From a virus: a DNA stretch of 64,000 nucleotides. Positions within the stretch are counted from its first letter, which is position 1, and each line of letters starts with the position of its first letter. Location: the IMG/VR virus record IMGVR_UViG_3300046011_004498, positions 1 to 64,000 of that record; one strand, 5' to 3'. This document shows, in pieces, positions 47,474-57,442 of this stretch. The notes below the pieces were generated by a model. It was not told where the DNA came from, searched no databases, and saw only the letters and a program-made list of their open reading frames with translations. A program made the position numbers and the translations under genes.

Positions 47474-50100
47474 TTTTTCCGTTTTTCAATGCTGTCCATG
47501 ACATAGTCATAGATGTCTTGGCCTTGATGGCCGTTGGGAATGCTAATCTCTTCCTTCCAACTAGGGTAGAAGATAGAGAGTTCGCCACCGAGTTTTACTT
47601 CTTCGTGGAAGATTGTCTCATCTTCTTGCCATTGAACTGCTTTTACAAGATGTTCATTGGTATAAGACAAGACTGCTAGATCATCTTTAATAAGATAATA
47701 CTGAGCATCGTGGATATGAGCACAAGGTCTAATGTCTAGTCGATGAGAACTATTACGTACTTGGCTCATAAATTCAGAACAAGCTCTGTTATTTAGAAGA
47801 CACCAAGACTGGCCTAAAGCATTACCCGCAGAACGCCCCTCAGCAGCAGCTGAAGAAGGTGTACGTTTGTTACCAAACACAACCTGTTTAAGCTTAGGTG
47901 TACGTAGACGAAGGCCAAAGGCCAAAGTTACATACCCATCTTTAGATGCTTGGATTAACTTATCGTTAACCCAGTCTATAGAGACTTTGTAAAGAGTCTG
48001 GAAAGAAGCTTCTAAAGATCTAGCCAACGGTTCATCAAAACCACAGTTGTTCATCAAGGTTGCATAAGTGCCTTGATAGGTAAGTGCAAAGGTTGGAGCT
48101 TTAGATTTACCTCTCCATGCAGGATACAAATCTTGAATTGAGTTGATACTTGCAACTGATGTTGGATCAATACCGATCATATGCTCAGTAAAATAAGCAT
48201 AAGTTCTGAGTGAGTGACCATCATAACCATCTGTGTAGACCTTAATTTTATTAGGGTCTTTGGTGGTTAATGCAGAGATACGATCTTCTAGAGAAGCAAA
48301 GTCGAGTCCACAAAAAATCCAACCCGGAGGGGCTTGGAAAATGGACTTAATGATCTTCCCATACTTAGAGCCAGCAGGAAGATTCTGCATATTTGGATCA
48401 GAGCTAGATAAGCGACCAGAAATGGTGCCACCTAGCTTGAAGCTACCACAGAGATAATGCCAACCATCTGGGCCAACCTCAGAGTCGAGGATGGCAGGCA
48501 TGAAAGAGCTAATTACCTTAGAGAGTAGCTTAAACTCCCTGACCTCATTGATAAGAGCAATGATGGTCTGATCACTGGTATGATTTACCAGTTTAGCTAG
48601 TGTCTTGGCTCCTGTAGCAGGGCCACCAGATTCAGTGGTGTCTAGAACAGGGAAGTTCAAGAACGAATAGAATAGCTCAGCTAGTTGATCATCTGAGTTA
48701 GGATTAAACTTGGCTCTATCTTTAACGTCAGCAAGTGTCCGTTGTTGTTTTTTGAGCCGTGAATTCCATGAAATCAGATAACCATTATCGAGATATTCTT
48801 GGAAATCTTTGATAACTGGTGAATCAAAGATATTCTGTTGATGGAGATTAAGAGCATCTCTAAGCTCTTTATCTACTTCTAGAGCACGCACCATATTCAC
48901 CGGCATTCCGGTGAGTTGCATCTGGATGATGTCTATCTGTGATGGCTTGAAGATTTTCTCATAGAAATCTTCTTGCTTGTCAGCCAACATTATTGGCTTG
49001 TTCTTATTCAGAACATACCAAGTAGAGAAAGTATCTACGAGGTTATAAGTAAGAAGCTTATCGAGAGGGATACGAGTGATATCCTTAATCTCTTCAATAG
49101 CATAGTTGCCACTATACTCTTGAGAGTTAGGCTTCAAGCCAAGCTTGTTTCCTGCTGTGGAATTGGTTGCCAGATAGGTGATCAACTGGGTGCAATCCCA
49201 GTGGGTCAATATGACATCCAGACCATCGAGTAGACCTGCTGTGTCTAGGATGTCATCCATGAACAGAGCAGAAATTAGTACAGACACATCATAAGATATG
49301 TTGTGCCAGATAAGCTTACGCCCTTGTTTCTTCATAGCAATGAAGAGAGACTTCAGGGCTGCCCTAACAGCATGGTTTGTTTTTCTACGACCAAACCTAA
49401 TACCGTTATCTACATCAATCTGCTCGGTACATTCTTCATAGTCTACAGGAAAGGCTACACCTTTGCCTTGCTCCCAAGCAAAAGCTATGGTTCCGATACC
49501 TGCACGGTGAACTTTGAGACTGAAAGTCTCAGTGTCAGCCGTTAGATCACAGGTCATCTCATCTCTGAGTTTCCTGATCCATTCGATAATTTCACCACCC
49601 TTAGGGTAATGAGCTTCAAGGAAAATGGTGTCACCCGGAGGCACATAAGCACCCTCTGAGTGAGCCTTAACAGCTGCAACAGCCTGTTTGATCTTCCTCT
49701 CAACCTGCTCAGGGTCGTAATATTTCATGGCGTAGTTGGGGATAGAGACCACCATGAAGTCGCCATAGGTAGAAGGGAGGACATAGCCCTCCCAACCTTC
49801 AGCTTTAGCTTTGCCTGTCAGTTCTTTGAATGTAGCTGTATCGGCTACCAACACATATTGTGTCTGTTGACCAACAAGAACAGGTACAACCTCATCAATG
49901 AGATACTGACGCATCTCACTGACAGGTACTTTCTTGTTTTTACCCGGAGCTCTTAAGACTGAAAGACCCATTGTATGCTGGGCGGGTAAACCACCTTCAT
50001 CACAATAGACTTTGACCATATCTGTCTTGCGAACATCAGGAACCATCACAACGATGGGGGCAGAGCCCGGTTGTTGGCTCGCAAGATAGCTATGTTTCAT
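47470..50100 (-). CDS. Family A DNA polymerase (N4 gp39-like)
   Basis: DTET exonuclease I, SGRLSS, DFASLE motif A, R.KSKAPTFALTY motif B, HIHDA motif C. Confidence 0.95.
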   Translation of the reverse strand: MKHSYLASQQPGSAPIVVMVPDVRKTDMVKVYCDEGGLPAQHTMGLSVLRAPGKNKKVPVSEMRQYLIDEVVPVLVGQQTQYVLVADTATFKELTGKAKAEGWEGYVLPSTYGDFMVVSIPNYAMKYYDPEQVERKIKQAVAAVKAHSEGAYVPPGDTIFLEAHYPKGGEIIEWIRKLRDEMTCDLTADTETFSLKVHRAGIGTIAFAWEQGKGVAFPVDYEECTEQIDVDNGIRFGRRKTNHAVRAALKSLFIAMKKQGRKLIWHNISYDVSVLISALFMDDILDTAGLLDGLDVILTHWDCTQLITYLATNSTAGNKLGLKPNSQEYSGNYAIEEIKDITRIPLDKLLTYNLVDTFSTWYVLNKNKPIMLADKQEDFYEKIFKPSQIDIIQMQLTGMPVNMVRALEVDKELRDALNLHQQNIFDSPVIKDFQEYLDNGYLISWNSRLKKQQRTLADVKDRAKFNPNSDDQLAELFYSFLNFPVLDTTESGGPATGAKTLAKLVNHTSDQTIIALINEVREFKLLSKVISSFMPAILDSEVGPDGWHYLCGSFKLGGTISGRLSSSDPNMQNLPAGSKYGKIIKSIFQAPPGWIFCGLDFASLEDRISALTTKDPNKIKVYTDGYDGHSLRTYAYFTEHMIGIDPTSVASINSIQDLYPAWRGKSKAPTFALTYQGTYATLMNNCGFDEPLARSLEASFQTLYKVSIDWVNDKLIQASKDGYVTLAFGLRLRTPKLKQVVFGNKRTPSSAAAEGRSAGNALGQSWCLLNNRACSEFMSQVRNSSHRLDIRPCAHIHDAQYYLIKDDLAVLSYTNEHLVKAVQWQEDETIFHEEVKLGGELSIFYPSWKEEISIPNGHQGQDIYDYVMDSIEKRKK

Positions 50101-50627
50101 GACATAAACAGCCTAGCATCAAAGTAACCTTGAATCATTTCCAAATCCTTAAGGATACTGGCATGAACTCTAGGTTCCATAGTGGTGTATCTAAAAGCAG
50201 GTTCACGAATCCGCGTGAGATGACCCAAGCCTAGCTTGTTAGCCAGACAGTCTGGTAGGCTGTCACGGATGTCTTGGTCTGTATGCATACCCCTGACAAG
50301 CTGCGTCAAGGTCTTTACTGCACGACCACTGTCACGCTGAAGCGTGGTGTAGTCAGAGTAAAGATTTGCAGCTCTTGTTTCATGTTCAGGAAGAACGTTG
50401 ACTACGTTTAAGGCAACCATACCCCTAACTTGCTTAGGTCGATTTGGGTGAGCCCATGTGGTGTCTCGATAACGAACACCAACATTCATGATGTCATGAA
50501 TTGGACCACCAGCAAGAGGTTGTAAGTGTAGTGCTAATAGAGAAATAGTAGCTTCTCTTAGGGCTTTTTTATCAGCCTCGAAGATAAAGCCCATTGCTTT
50601 ATTAACAATGTCATTATCACTACTCAT
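50097..50627 (-). CDS. N4 gp38-like hypothetical protein
   Basis: QDIRDSLPDCL motif; synteny. Confidence 0.7.
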   Translation of the reverse strand: MSSDNDIVNKAMGFIFEADKKALREATISLLALHLQPLAGGPIHDIMNVGVRYRDTTWAHPNRPKQVRGMVALNVVNVLPEHETRAANLYSDYTTLQRDSGRAVKTLTQLVRGMHTDQDIRDSLPDCLANKLGLGHLTRIREPAFRYTTMEPRVHASILKDLEMIQGYFDARLFMS

Positions 50628-50637
50628 AATTATACCT

Positions 50638-51975
50638 TTAGAGTATTACACCTCCATACTTTGAAGGTAAATTTCCATAGAGAATGATGCGATGACGAGC
50701 ACGAGAGATAGCTACATAGAGCATTCTTGCTGTCATTACGGTGAAGTTACAGGAACCAATGTTGTTAAGATCAACTAAGACAAGGTCTTTGGTTGATCCC
50801 TGAGACTTGTGCACAGTGCAGGCGTCACGAGGACGGAAGTCTGCAAAGTGATCCTTCAAGTCATAATAAGGTTTCCAGTCTTGAAGCTTAGCTTTGGCTC
50901 TATCAGCACAATGTTTCAAAGCTTGCTTATGAAATTCCCGATCAATGATGACAGGAACACTGAAGTCTGGGTGTCCAACAATCCTGACGTACTGGGTAGG
51001 AACATCCAGATCAGCAATTTTGAGCCATGAAATGAATGGATCAACATCCAGAATTTCAATCATTTGTTCATTGCGGATACGAAACTTACCCCGCTCAAAC
51101 AAATCATTAGAAATCATAACTTCTCCTGCCTCGAACAAGTGTCCTTGTCCTCGATAAGAGCGTAAGAAGTTATTGTAATAGTTTACTCTCTGATTAGAGA
51201 AAGCAACAATTAGATTGTTTCCATTGGCTTTGCCAAAAATACTCTTTAAAACAGACTCAAGATCACTATCTTCAATATGATCTACCTCACCGGGAGTGAG
51301 AGGAATCATAGGCCAGATGTGTTCACTAATGAGACCATCAGCTTCTTGAACTGCACCAGCTACGTTATCTCTGAGTAACTGACAGAGCCCCTGAAGAGCT
51401 TTAGAGCCTGAGTTACGAACAGGAATAGTGAGCTCAGAAGTACGTACCTTGAGCTCAGCAATAGGAGACTTGGAAGAGTCTACTGGGTCCAACTGTTTAT
51501 CGTCTCCGATGAAGACGATCTTACAGTGCTGGGTAGCCATACGAAGCTCATCCAAAAGTTTGGAATCCATCATGTAAGATTCGTCAATAAAGACGAGATA
51601 CTTTTCATGAATAGTCCAAGTAGCGGTTCTTCTTAGCTCTTGTTTACCTGTACTGTAGTTAGGTTTTACAGTAAGGGAGAGCCAAGAATGCAAAGTCATT
51701 ACATCAAGGCCAGTGGCATCTTGTAATGCTTGAGCTGCTTTATTGGTTAAGGCAGTGAGAGTGTAGTTGCAGTAATCAGGTTCAAGACCAAGAACTCTAC
51801 AGTTTTCTTGGTAAGTCTTAAGAGAAGATGTGATTAGACGTTGGACTAACCAAGACTTTCCAGTCCCGCCCGGTCCAATCAGTCTCATTTCCTTTTCGGT
51901 GGGATCAAGTAGGAAATCCACGAACTCTTCTTCAGCCTTGACCTGATCAGCATTAGGAGTGGCTGTTGGGTTCAT
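50638..51975 (-). CDS. SF1B Dda/RecD-like DNA helicase (N4 gp37-like)
   Basis: GPGGTGKS, IDES, GDDKQL, TVHKSQGST, YVAISRA. Confidence 0.93.
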   Translation of the reverse strand: MNPTATPNADQVKAEEEFVDFLLDPTEKEMRLIGPGGTGKSWLVQRLITSSLKTYQENCRVLGLEPDYCNYTLTALTNKAAQALQDATGLDVMTLHSWLSLTVKPNYSTGKQELRRTATWTIHEKYLVFIDESYMMDSKLLDELRMATQHCKIVFIGDDKQLDPVDSSKSPIAELKVRTSELTIPVRNSGSKALQGLCQLLRDNVAGAVQEADGLISEHIWPMIPLTPGEVDHIEDSDLESVLKSIFGKANGNNLIVAFSNQRVNYYNNFLRSYRGQGHLFEAGEVMISNDLFERGKFRIRNEQMIEILDVDPFISWLKIADLDVPTQYVRIVGHPDFSVPVIIDREFHKQALKHCADRAKAKLQDWKPYYDLKDHFADFRPRDACTVHKSQGSTKDLVLVDLNNIGSCNFTVMTARMLYVAISRARHRIILYGNLPSKYGGVIL

Positions 51976-51982
51976 TGGTTCC

Positions 51983-52591
51983 TCAGATAAAAGGAGTAAG
52001 GTCAGGTGGTGTATAGTCTGGTCCCTTAACCCACTTAGCAGTCACAGGAGCCTTCTCCATGACGCCATTAGTGAGTTTGGAGTAGTTGGATCGATTGACC
52101 TCATGGAGACCACCTACAGGGTCCATGCCGTGCAAGACAGCAGACAAGGTAGCAGTGACGAGTTGATCACAGATACTGTCGAGGAAGTTGAGACGGTCAG
52201 TGATAATCACTAGACCGGGTTCTTTAATTTTCAAATGATCAGCTAGGTCTTTCAAAGCATCTTCTGCATTGTTAAGTAGATACTGAGTGTCTGGGGTACA
52301 CCCTTTGAGCGTCTCAATCATCTCAGACACTTCTTCAAAATGAACACCCAGTTGAGTTTGCTGATTCTTGGGGCTGATACCATCAGCATAAGCAATTCTA
52401 CCAAAATCAGCAGTATCAGCTAGGACATTACGCTCTTCGGTTTGAGATAAAACAGCTTGAATACTACAAACGAGATTTTCGTTAACTTCAGCTTTTGCCC
52501 TTGCTTCAGGAGTATTCTTAGCTCGATGGTTCTGCGCGTACATAGCAAACTGATCCCGGCAGGTAATCAGCATATCTCGTTGTGTGGTCAT
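51983..52591 (-). CDS. MazG-like NTP pyrophosphohydrolase
   Basis: EEVSE, LDSICD..VT, EVNRSNYSK, KGPDY.PPDL. Confidence 0.85.
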   Translation of the reverse strand: MTTQRDMLITCRDQFAMYAQNHRAKNTPEARAKAEVNENLVCSIQAVLSQTEERNVLADTADFGRIAYADGISPKNQQTQLGVHFEEVSEMIETLKGCTPDTQYLLNNAEDALKDLADHLKIKEPGLVIITDRLNFLDSICDQLVTATLSAVLHGMDPVGGLHEVNRSNYSKLTNGVMEKAPVTAKWVKGPDYTPPDLTPFI

Positions 52592-52913
52592 TAATTTCTT
52601 CTTTGTTGTGAAGTGCGATGATCGCATCCACAACTAGCTGTCTAATAGGATAGTCAACAGAAACTTGTGTACGGACCCACGCAAAGATTTCGGGGGATAA
52701 GCTCGACAAAACAAAGTCCATAAAGGCTCTTCGTGTATCGGCAGGTGGTATATCTAGCTGTCTTAATCGTTGAGCAATTGAGCTAGGTGCAACATCATAT
52801 TTGTATGCAATGGCACCTAGAGACATGCCCATAGCATTATCTAGTAAAACCTCCTTGGTGGGGGCCTTTCTACCGGGATGGTGCTTTGGTTCGTTGGTCA
52901 CTTGACGAGCCAT
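52518..52913 (-). CDS. HTH DNA-binding protein (N4 gp35-like)
   Basis: GMSL..IA......S.I..RL..L.IPPADTRR.FM. Confidence 0.75.
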   Translation of the reverse strand: MARQVTNEPKHHPGRKAPTKEVLLDNAMGMSLGAIAYKYDVAPSSIAQRLRQLDIPPADTRRAFMDFVLSSLSPEIFAWVRTQVSVDYPIRQLVVDAIIALHNKEEINDHTTRYADYLPGSVCYVRAEPSS

Positions 52914-52915
52914 TC

Positions 52916-52953
52916 AAAAGAAAAGACCGACCACCCTTACGGATGATCGGTCT
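52916..52953 (-). terminator. Intrinsic terminator with GUAA tetraloop
   Basis: AGACCGAUCAUCC-GUAA-GGGUGGUCGGUCU followed by a U tract. Confidence 0.85.
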
Positions 52954-52969
52954 ATTTCTCAAGCTGTTG

Positions 52970-54775
52970 TTAGTCTAACAGCTTTTTGAGTTCGGCTTCG
53001 ACATTGTATTTACCAAGGCCGAGAGCTCCCCAGCTGACCTTTGCCTTGGACTTGAAAGTCCTCAGTTCTAGGGCAACTTGCTTACGATGGTTCCCAGTGA
53101 GCTTGCTGTCAGTCAGCTTATCCCACATGGCCCGAGCACGGTCCTGACGGGTTCCGCCAGTAGGCTGAGGAGCAGTCTTGGCCGGTTCGGGCTTCTTAGC
53201 TTGGGGCTTAGAAGGGACCGGGGCAGACTTCTTCGGTTCAACCACTGGTGCAGTGATGATCTCTTCGATCTCACTAGCAGTCTCACGAGGCAGTTGAAGA
53301 GCCTCATAAGGGATTTTGCACCGCTTCTTGTGAGCTTTAAGCTCAGTTGCAGCAGCACGACGATCAGCATCTGTATTCTTTTTGTCAGACATACGTCCAT
53401 AAAGTTGAACGGCTACCTGAACACGAACAGAAGCTTTTGGTTCAGCTGCTTTAGCCACAGCTGCGGTAGGCTGAACCTTGAAAGACTTGTCCCTAACTTT
53501 CTGCGGAGTTAGGCCAGCCTTATTACCCTGCGACTCATCATCGATAGTTCTGGTGGGTACAACAGGGTTTGTTGGTGCAATCGCCTTACCACCAGCAATT
53601 GCTTGAGCTTCTTCCAGAGAAATATCTGTTTTAAGGCTCTTACCATTGATGGTGTAAGTAAGTTTATCACCATTAGCACCACCAATGTTGACAACACCGA
53701 GTGGAGCAGGACGAGCTCCTGCAAGGATTTGAGAGACGATATCCATCGTTTCTTTACAATCATCCATTCGTTGTTGCTTGTTAACCAGTTCATGAGCCTT
53801 ATTAGAAAGGTCTGCAAGAATCAGGTAACTGCACACTCTGGCTTTGCTATCATTTGGGGGAACAGCAATAGCGTGTTCTGGTTGAACCAGAACCAACATA
53901 GTACCAGAGCCCTCTGCCGTAGCATGGAATCCGCCCATGTAGTGACGGCTACCAATATGGAGCCCTTGAGAACAAGCATATCGCTTGCTTGGGTCAACCA
54001 GCTTTTCATCCATCTGGACGACATCACCGATGCGTTGATGGACTTTACGGGTATGAGGGTCAACATAAACGCCTTTTCCTTGGTGGATAAGACGTTTGTA
54101 AGCCATGAATGAACCATCAGGCAAAATCGAAAGATCGATTTTCTTGATGAAATCCATCAACTCTTTAGCTGTATGACCGCGTTTTGCAGACATAGCAGCC
54201 AATCGTTTGATAAGATTGTCTGGTCCTTCGGCTGGAGCCTTACCTTCATCACCTGCCTTGTACTGATCAGACAGGTTTTCAACACCAGGAACAACGCCAT
54301 CAGAAGTAACAGCGATGATGGTCTCATGTTCCGTCATTGGTTCTTCAGAGTGAACCAACTTCACCGGAAGATCAGACGTAGGATCAATGCTGTTTTTTGC
54401 AGAACCAAAAAGCTTGGCTGCTACATCACGAACTTTCTTAGCTGCTGCTTCATGTGAAGCTTCAGTAAGAGCTTGCTCGTGTTCTTTGGTATCATGACCA
54501 AAGAGCTTCTCAACGTCAGACTTCAATGCCCGGAAGAATCGGATAAGAGGACTGCGTTTCTTATCTGTGAGATATGTGACGCTCATGTTCTCAGTGCCGA
54601 TTGTAAGATCGACAACATCTTTGCCTAGTTTTTTCTGAGCAAAGAACTGATCAGACATGGTTACCCCACGGGGATCACCTTGTGTGACAGTGAAAACAGA
54701 ACCGTCAATCTTGTAGAAGGTCAGGATGCCGTTATCGACAACCAGAGCAACTACTTGAATGACTTTATCGGTCAT
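52970..54775 (-). CDS. rIIB: rIIB-like protein
   Basis: DGSFMAYK, CSQGLH, KARVC.Y. Confidence 0.88.
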   Translation of the reverse strand: MTDKVIQVVALVVDNGILTFYKIDGSVFTVTQGDPRGVTMSDQFFAQKKLGKDVVDLTIGTENMSVTYLTDKKRSPLIRFFRALKSDVEKLFGHDTKEHEQALTEASHEAAAKKVRDVAAKLFGSAKNSIDPTSDLPVKLVHSEEPMTEHETIIAVTSDGVVPGVENLSDQYKAGDEGKAPAEGPDNLIKRLAAMSAKRGHTAKELMDFIKKIDLSILPDGSFMAYKRLIHQGKGVYVDPHTRKVHQRIGDVVQMDEKLVDPSKRYACSQGLHIGSRHYMGGFHATAEGSGTMLVLVQPEHAIAVPPNDSKARVCSYLILADLSNKAHELVNKQQRMDDCKETMDIVSQILAGARPAPLGVVNIGGANGDKLTYTINGKSLKTDISLEEAQAIAGGKAIAPTNPVVPTRTIDDESQGNKAGLTPQKVRDKSFKVQPTAAVAKAAEPKASVRVQVAVQLYGRMSDKKNTDADRRAAATELKAHKKRCKIPYEALQLPRETASEIEEIITAPVVEPKKSAPVPSKPQAKKPEPAKTAPQPTGGTRQDRARAMWDKLTDSKLTGNHRKQVALELRTFKSKAKVSWGALGLGKYNVEAELKKLLD

Positions 54776-57324
54776 TTTGGTCCTTTCAGTATGGTCTTGA
54801 GGATAGAACGAGCTATGGCTCGTTGAGAGGAGGGTTTCCTCGAATAAGCTACATCCAATGCTCGATGAACATCACAGAAATGAGATTCAGAATAAGAACT
54901 GAACATTTCATAGTAATGTTGAGCAGGAGTGCAGCATGAAGAGAAGAAGTTTTTCCTCTCATTCATGTATTGGCGTAGTTTTGGGAATACAGTGGAAAAG
55001 TCAAAAAGACCTGTGTAAATGGTTTCTTCTTCTTTACTAAGTACAGGAGGAAGTCTGTTGAACAAGTACAAGGTAAGATACTTGTCTTGTTTGGCTCTTC
55101 TTAGAAAGAATGATTCTCTATAGAAAAGTTTCTCATAGATATCTTGTCTCCTGAAAAACCATTGAGCTACCTCAAGAATTGCTTCTTCAGCATTTCTTCT
55201 ACCTTCTTTGATAACTCTTTGAATTTCTGACTTAGTAGAAACACAAACAATATCTGTGCCAATAAACTTAGCTAATTTGAAGAAATCACGATGAGTTCTT
55301 AGATTATGCATAAGCTCTTTGGCTCTTGGTAGAATGATATACAGAGGTTCTCCTTTAAACTTAGGGTTTGCCAATATACCCTTAAGTTTTCTCTTAGAGA
55401 GTTTGATATCCTCAAAAGACCCTGTAGCTAACAAAAGCTCATTAAGTTTTGGAAGTTCAGCAGCACGAAGCAATGCACGTTCTGCTGCGACTCTTTCACG
55501 TTCCTCAAGCTGAGCTTTAGTTGGGTCCATGAGAACAAGAACATCATAACCCCAAGATTCATACTCAGCTTTTAGCTTTTGAATCTCATGAGGTTTAATT
55601 GTTGCTTTAACCCGCACACAACGAGCACCAACAATACGAGCATAAGAATGCATAAATATGTTTGTATTGTTAGTAGGATCATCAGAGAATTTTTCTGAAA
55701 ATCTTTCAATCATGTTTGCTAAAGTAGTGGAAATGATCACTGTTTTAGAGACAAATAAAGTTTCTCTAAGATAATTTATACTATCAAACAAATGTTCTTT
55801 TCTAGTAAAAAGATCTTTGAGCTCTTTAACTTCTAAGAAATACCTAGAAGTAGTAGAATTACTATTTATATATCTAAAATCTTCTGACTTAGTTATATAA
55901 ACATCTACAATATTGGGGTTAAAGTCAGCTTCTGCTCGCCAACGCATGACTTCTTCATAAGCATTTCTGCTTGATTCTTTAATGAAGTTTCTTGAATATG
56001 CCCAACGAGAAGAACGTCTTTCATACCAAAGTCGGAGTAATTTATCTTGATGAAGATAAGTATACTTCTTTAAGCTATCTATAAACTTAGTTTTGATAAC
56101 AGCTTCAATGTCTTCTCTGAAATCTTTACCGCTAATCTTAGCAGTTTCTAGATATGGTGTTTGTTTTTCAAACCATCTTTCCATATTAGTGCAGAGAAGA
56201 AAGTTATAACTAGGTGAAAGACCTGGAATTTTCAGATATTTATTGTGGAAAGATCTGAAATGTTTATGAAGTTCCAGTTCATGAGACCACATATCGTGGT
56301 TAAAGGAAGATAACTTAGCTACAAAATCTGGGTATTTCTCCGCAGTTAAGTCTGAATGAGTGTCTAAGTTTGTCTCAAGAACAGTGAGAACCTTCTTCAT
56401 CAGCTCCCGAATGCTTTTTGAAGTACGATCAGTATATTGAAGACTCTCACGAGACAGAGTTGGAATAATACTGTCGGGTTCAGCCAAGAAAAGAATGGGA
56501 GCTCCACCCATATTGGTGGTATTGGTGAGATAATTCAGCATCTCCCAAGCATCACTAAACTCTTCTTGTTCTTCAATAGGATAGATTACATCTCCTTGTC
56601 GAACATAGAATGGAGACTTCTGGATTACTGTTGCTGGGTGACCATCAGTAAGACGAACAAAACCAAATTGTTTAAGTTCGTTAATTTGAATGTAATTTAC
56701 TAATATAGGATTGCCGTTAACAATAAGAGGAATACCCAACTCTTCAGAAAAGAGTCTGATGTATCTTTTAATTTCATGACACATCTTTTCAGGAAAAGGC
56801 ACAGATACCTCTACACCTGAAGGCTCAGTTGAGGGGATCGTCATGATCGGAGTGCAAGTAGGTTTGCCTTCCTTCTTAGGATCAGACTTGACGATAGAAT
56901 AAGCTGTCATAGTGCCATCGATCCAGTTTCGAGCACTGAAGACATCACAGACAGCCCAAGGAACCTTGGTTCCTACGCCAAAGCCACCAGTAGCAGCCTT
57001 ATCTTGTCTCTTCGTAGACTTACCAAAGGTCATGTAAGTTTTAGCAAAGATAGCATTCGGAATACCCGTACCGTGATCTCGAACCACCAACAGGTTATCT
57101 GTGAGGGTGATATGGATAGGCTTATCAAGACAACCAGCTTTGGCATGACCGTCTCGGGCATTACAGAGAAGCTCACGGACCAAGGCTAGAGCCTTGTTCG
57201 AGTAGATGCCGTGAGCAATCATCATCATGAATTCGGCATCAGTAGAGACAGTAACTTCTTCGGCTTGTCCGTTGATACCAACAGCAGCGACTTGAGTTTC
57301 TTGGGAAGCGTGAGAAATTTCCAT
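54772..57324 (-). CDS. rIIA: rIIA-like protein (GHKL ATPase N-terminus)
   Basis: IYSNK..ALVRELLCNA.D, VRDHGTGI, STK, GGFGVG.K. Confidence 0.9.
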   Translation of the reverse strand: MEISHASQETQVAAVGINGQAEEVTVSTDAEFMMMIAHGIYSNKALALVRELLCNARDGHAKAGCLDKPIHITLTDNLLVVRDHGTGIPNAIFAKTYMTFGKSTKRQDKAATGGFGVGTKVPWAVCDVFSARNWIDGTMTAYSIVKSDPKKEGKPTCTPIMTIPSTEPSGVEVSVPFPEKMCHEIKRYIRLFSEELGIPLIVNGNPILVNYIQINELKQFGFVRLTDGHPATVIQKSPFYVRQGDVIYPIEEQEEFSDAWEMLNYLTNTTNMGGAPILFLAEPDSIIPTLSRESLQYTDRTSKSIRELMKKVLTVLETNLDTHSDLTAEKYPDFVAKLSSFNHDMWSHELELHKHFRSFHNKYLKIPGLSPSYNFLLCTNMERWFEKQTPYLETAKISGKDFREDIEAVIKTKFIDSLKKYTYLHQDKLLRLWYERRSSRWAYSRNFIKESSRNAYEEVMRWRAEADFNPNIVDVYITKSEDFRYINSNSTTSRYFLEVKELKDLFTRKEHLFDSINYLRETLFVSKTVIISTTLANMIERFSEKFSDDPTNNTNIFMHSYARIVGARCVRVKATIKPHEIQKLKAEYESWGYDVLVLMDPTKAQLEERERVAAERALLRAAELPKLNELLLATGSFEDIKLSKRKLKGILANPKFKGEPLYIILPRAKELMHNLRTHRDFFKLAKFIGTDIVCVSTKSEIQRVIKEGRRNAEEAILEVAQWFFRRQDIYEKLFYRESFFLRRAKQDKYLTLYLFNRLPPVLSKEEETIYTGLFDFSTVFPKLRQYMNERKNFFSSCCTPAQHYYEMFSSYSESHFCDVHRALDVAYSRKPSSQRAIARSILKTILKGPK

Positions 57325-57362
57325 AAGGGTCTTTCCGAATGAGGGAGAATAGTTCGGAAAAA

Positions 57363-57393
57363 CAAAACCCCTCTTCAATTAAGAAGAGGGGTT
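57363..57393 (-). terminator. Intrinsic terminator upstream of rIIA
   Basis: AACCCCTCTTC/GAAGAGGGGTT with a U tract. Confidence 0.75.
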
Positions 57394-57399
57394 CTTTGA

Positions 57400-57426
57400 T
57401 TAATCGTCTTTGACAGGGGAACGCAT
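57400..57426 (-). CDS. 8-aa minigene MRSPVKDD
   Basis: GAAAGGAGG SD, 5-nt spacer, ATG...TAA. Confidence 0.45.
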   Translation of the reverse strand: MRSPVKDD

Positions 57427-57442
57427 AATATCCTCCTTTCAG

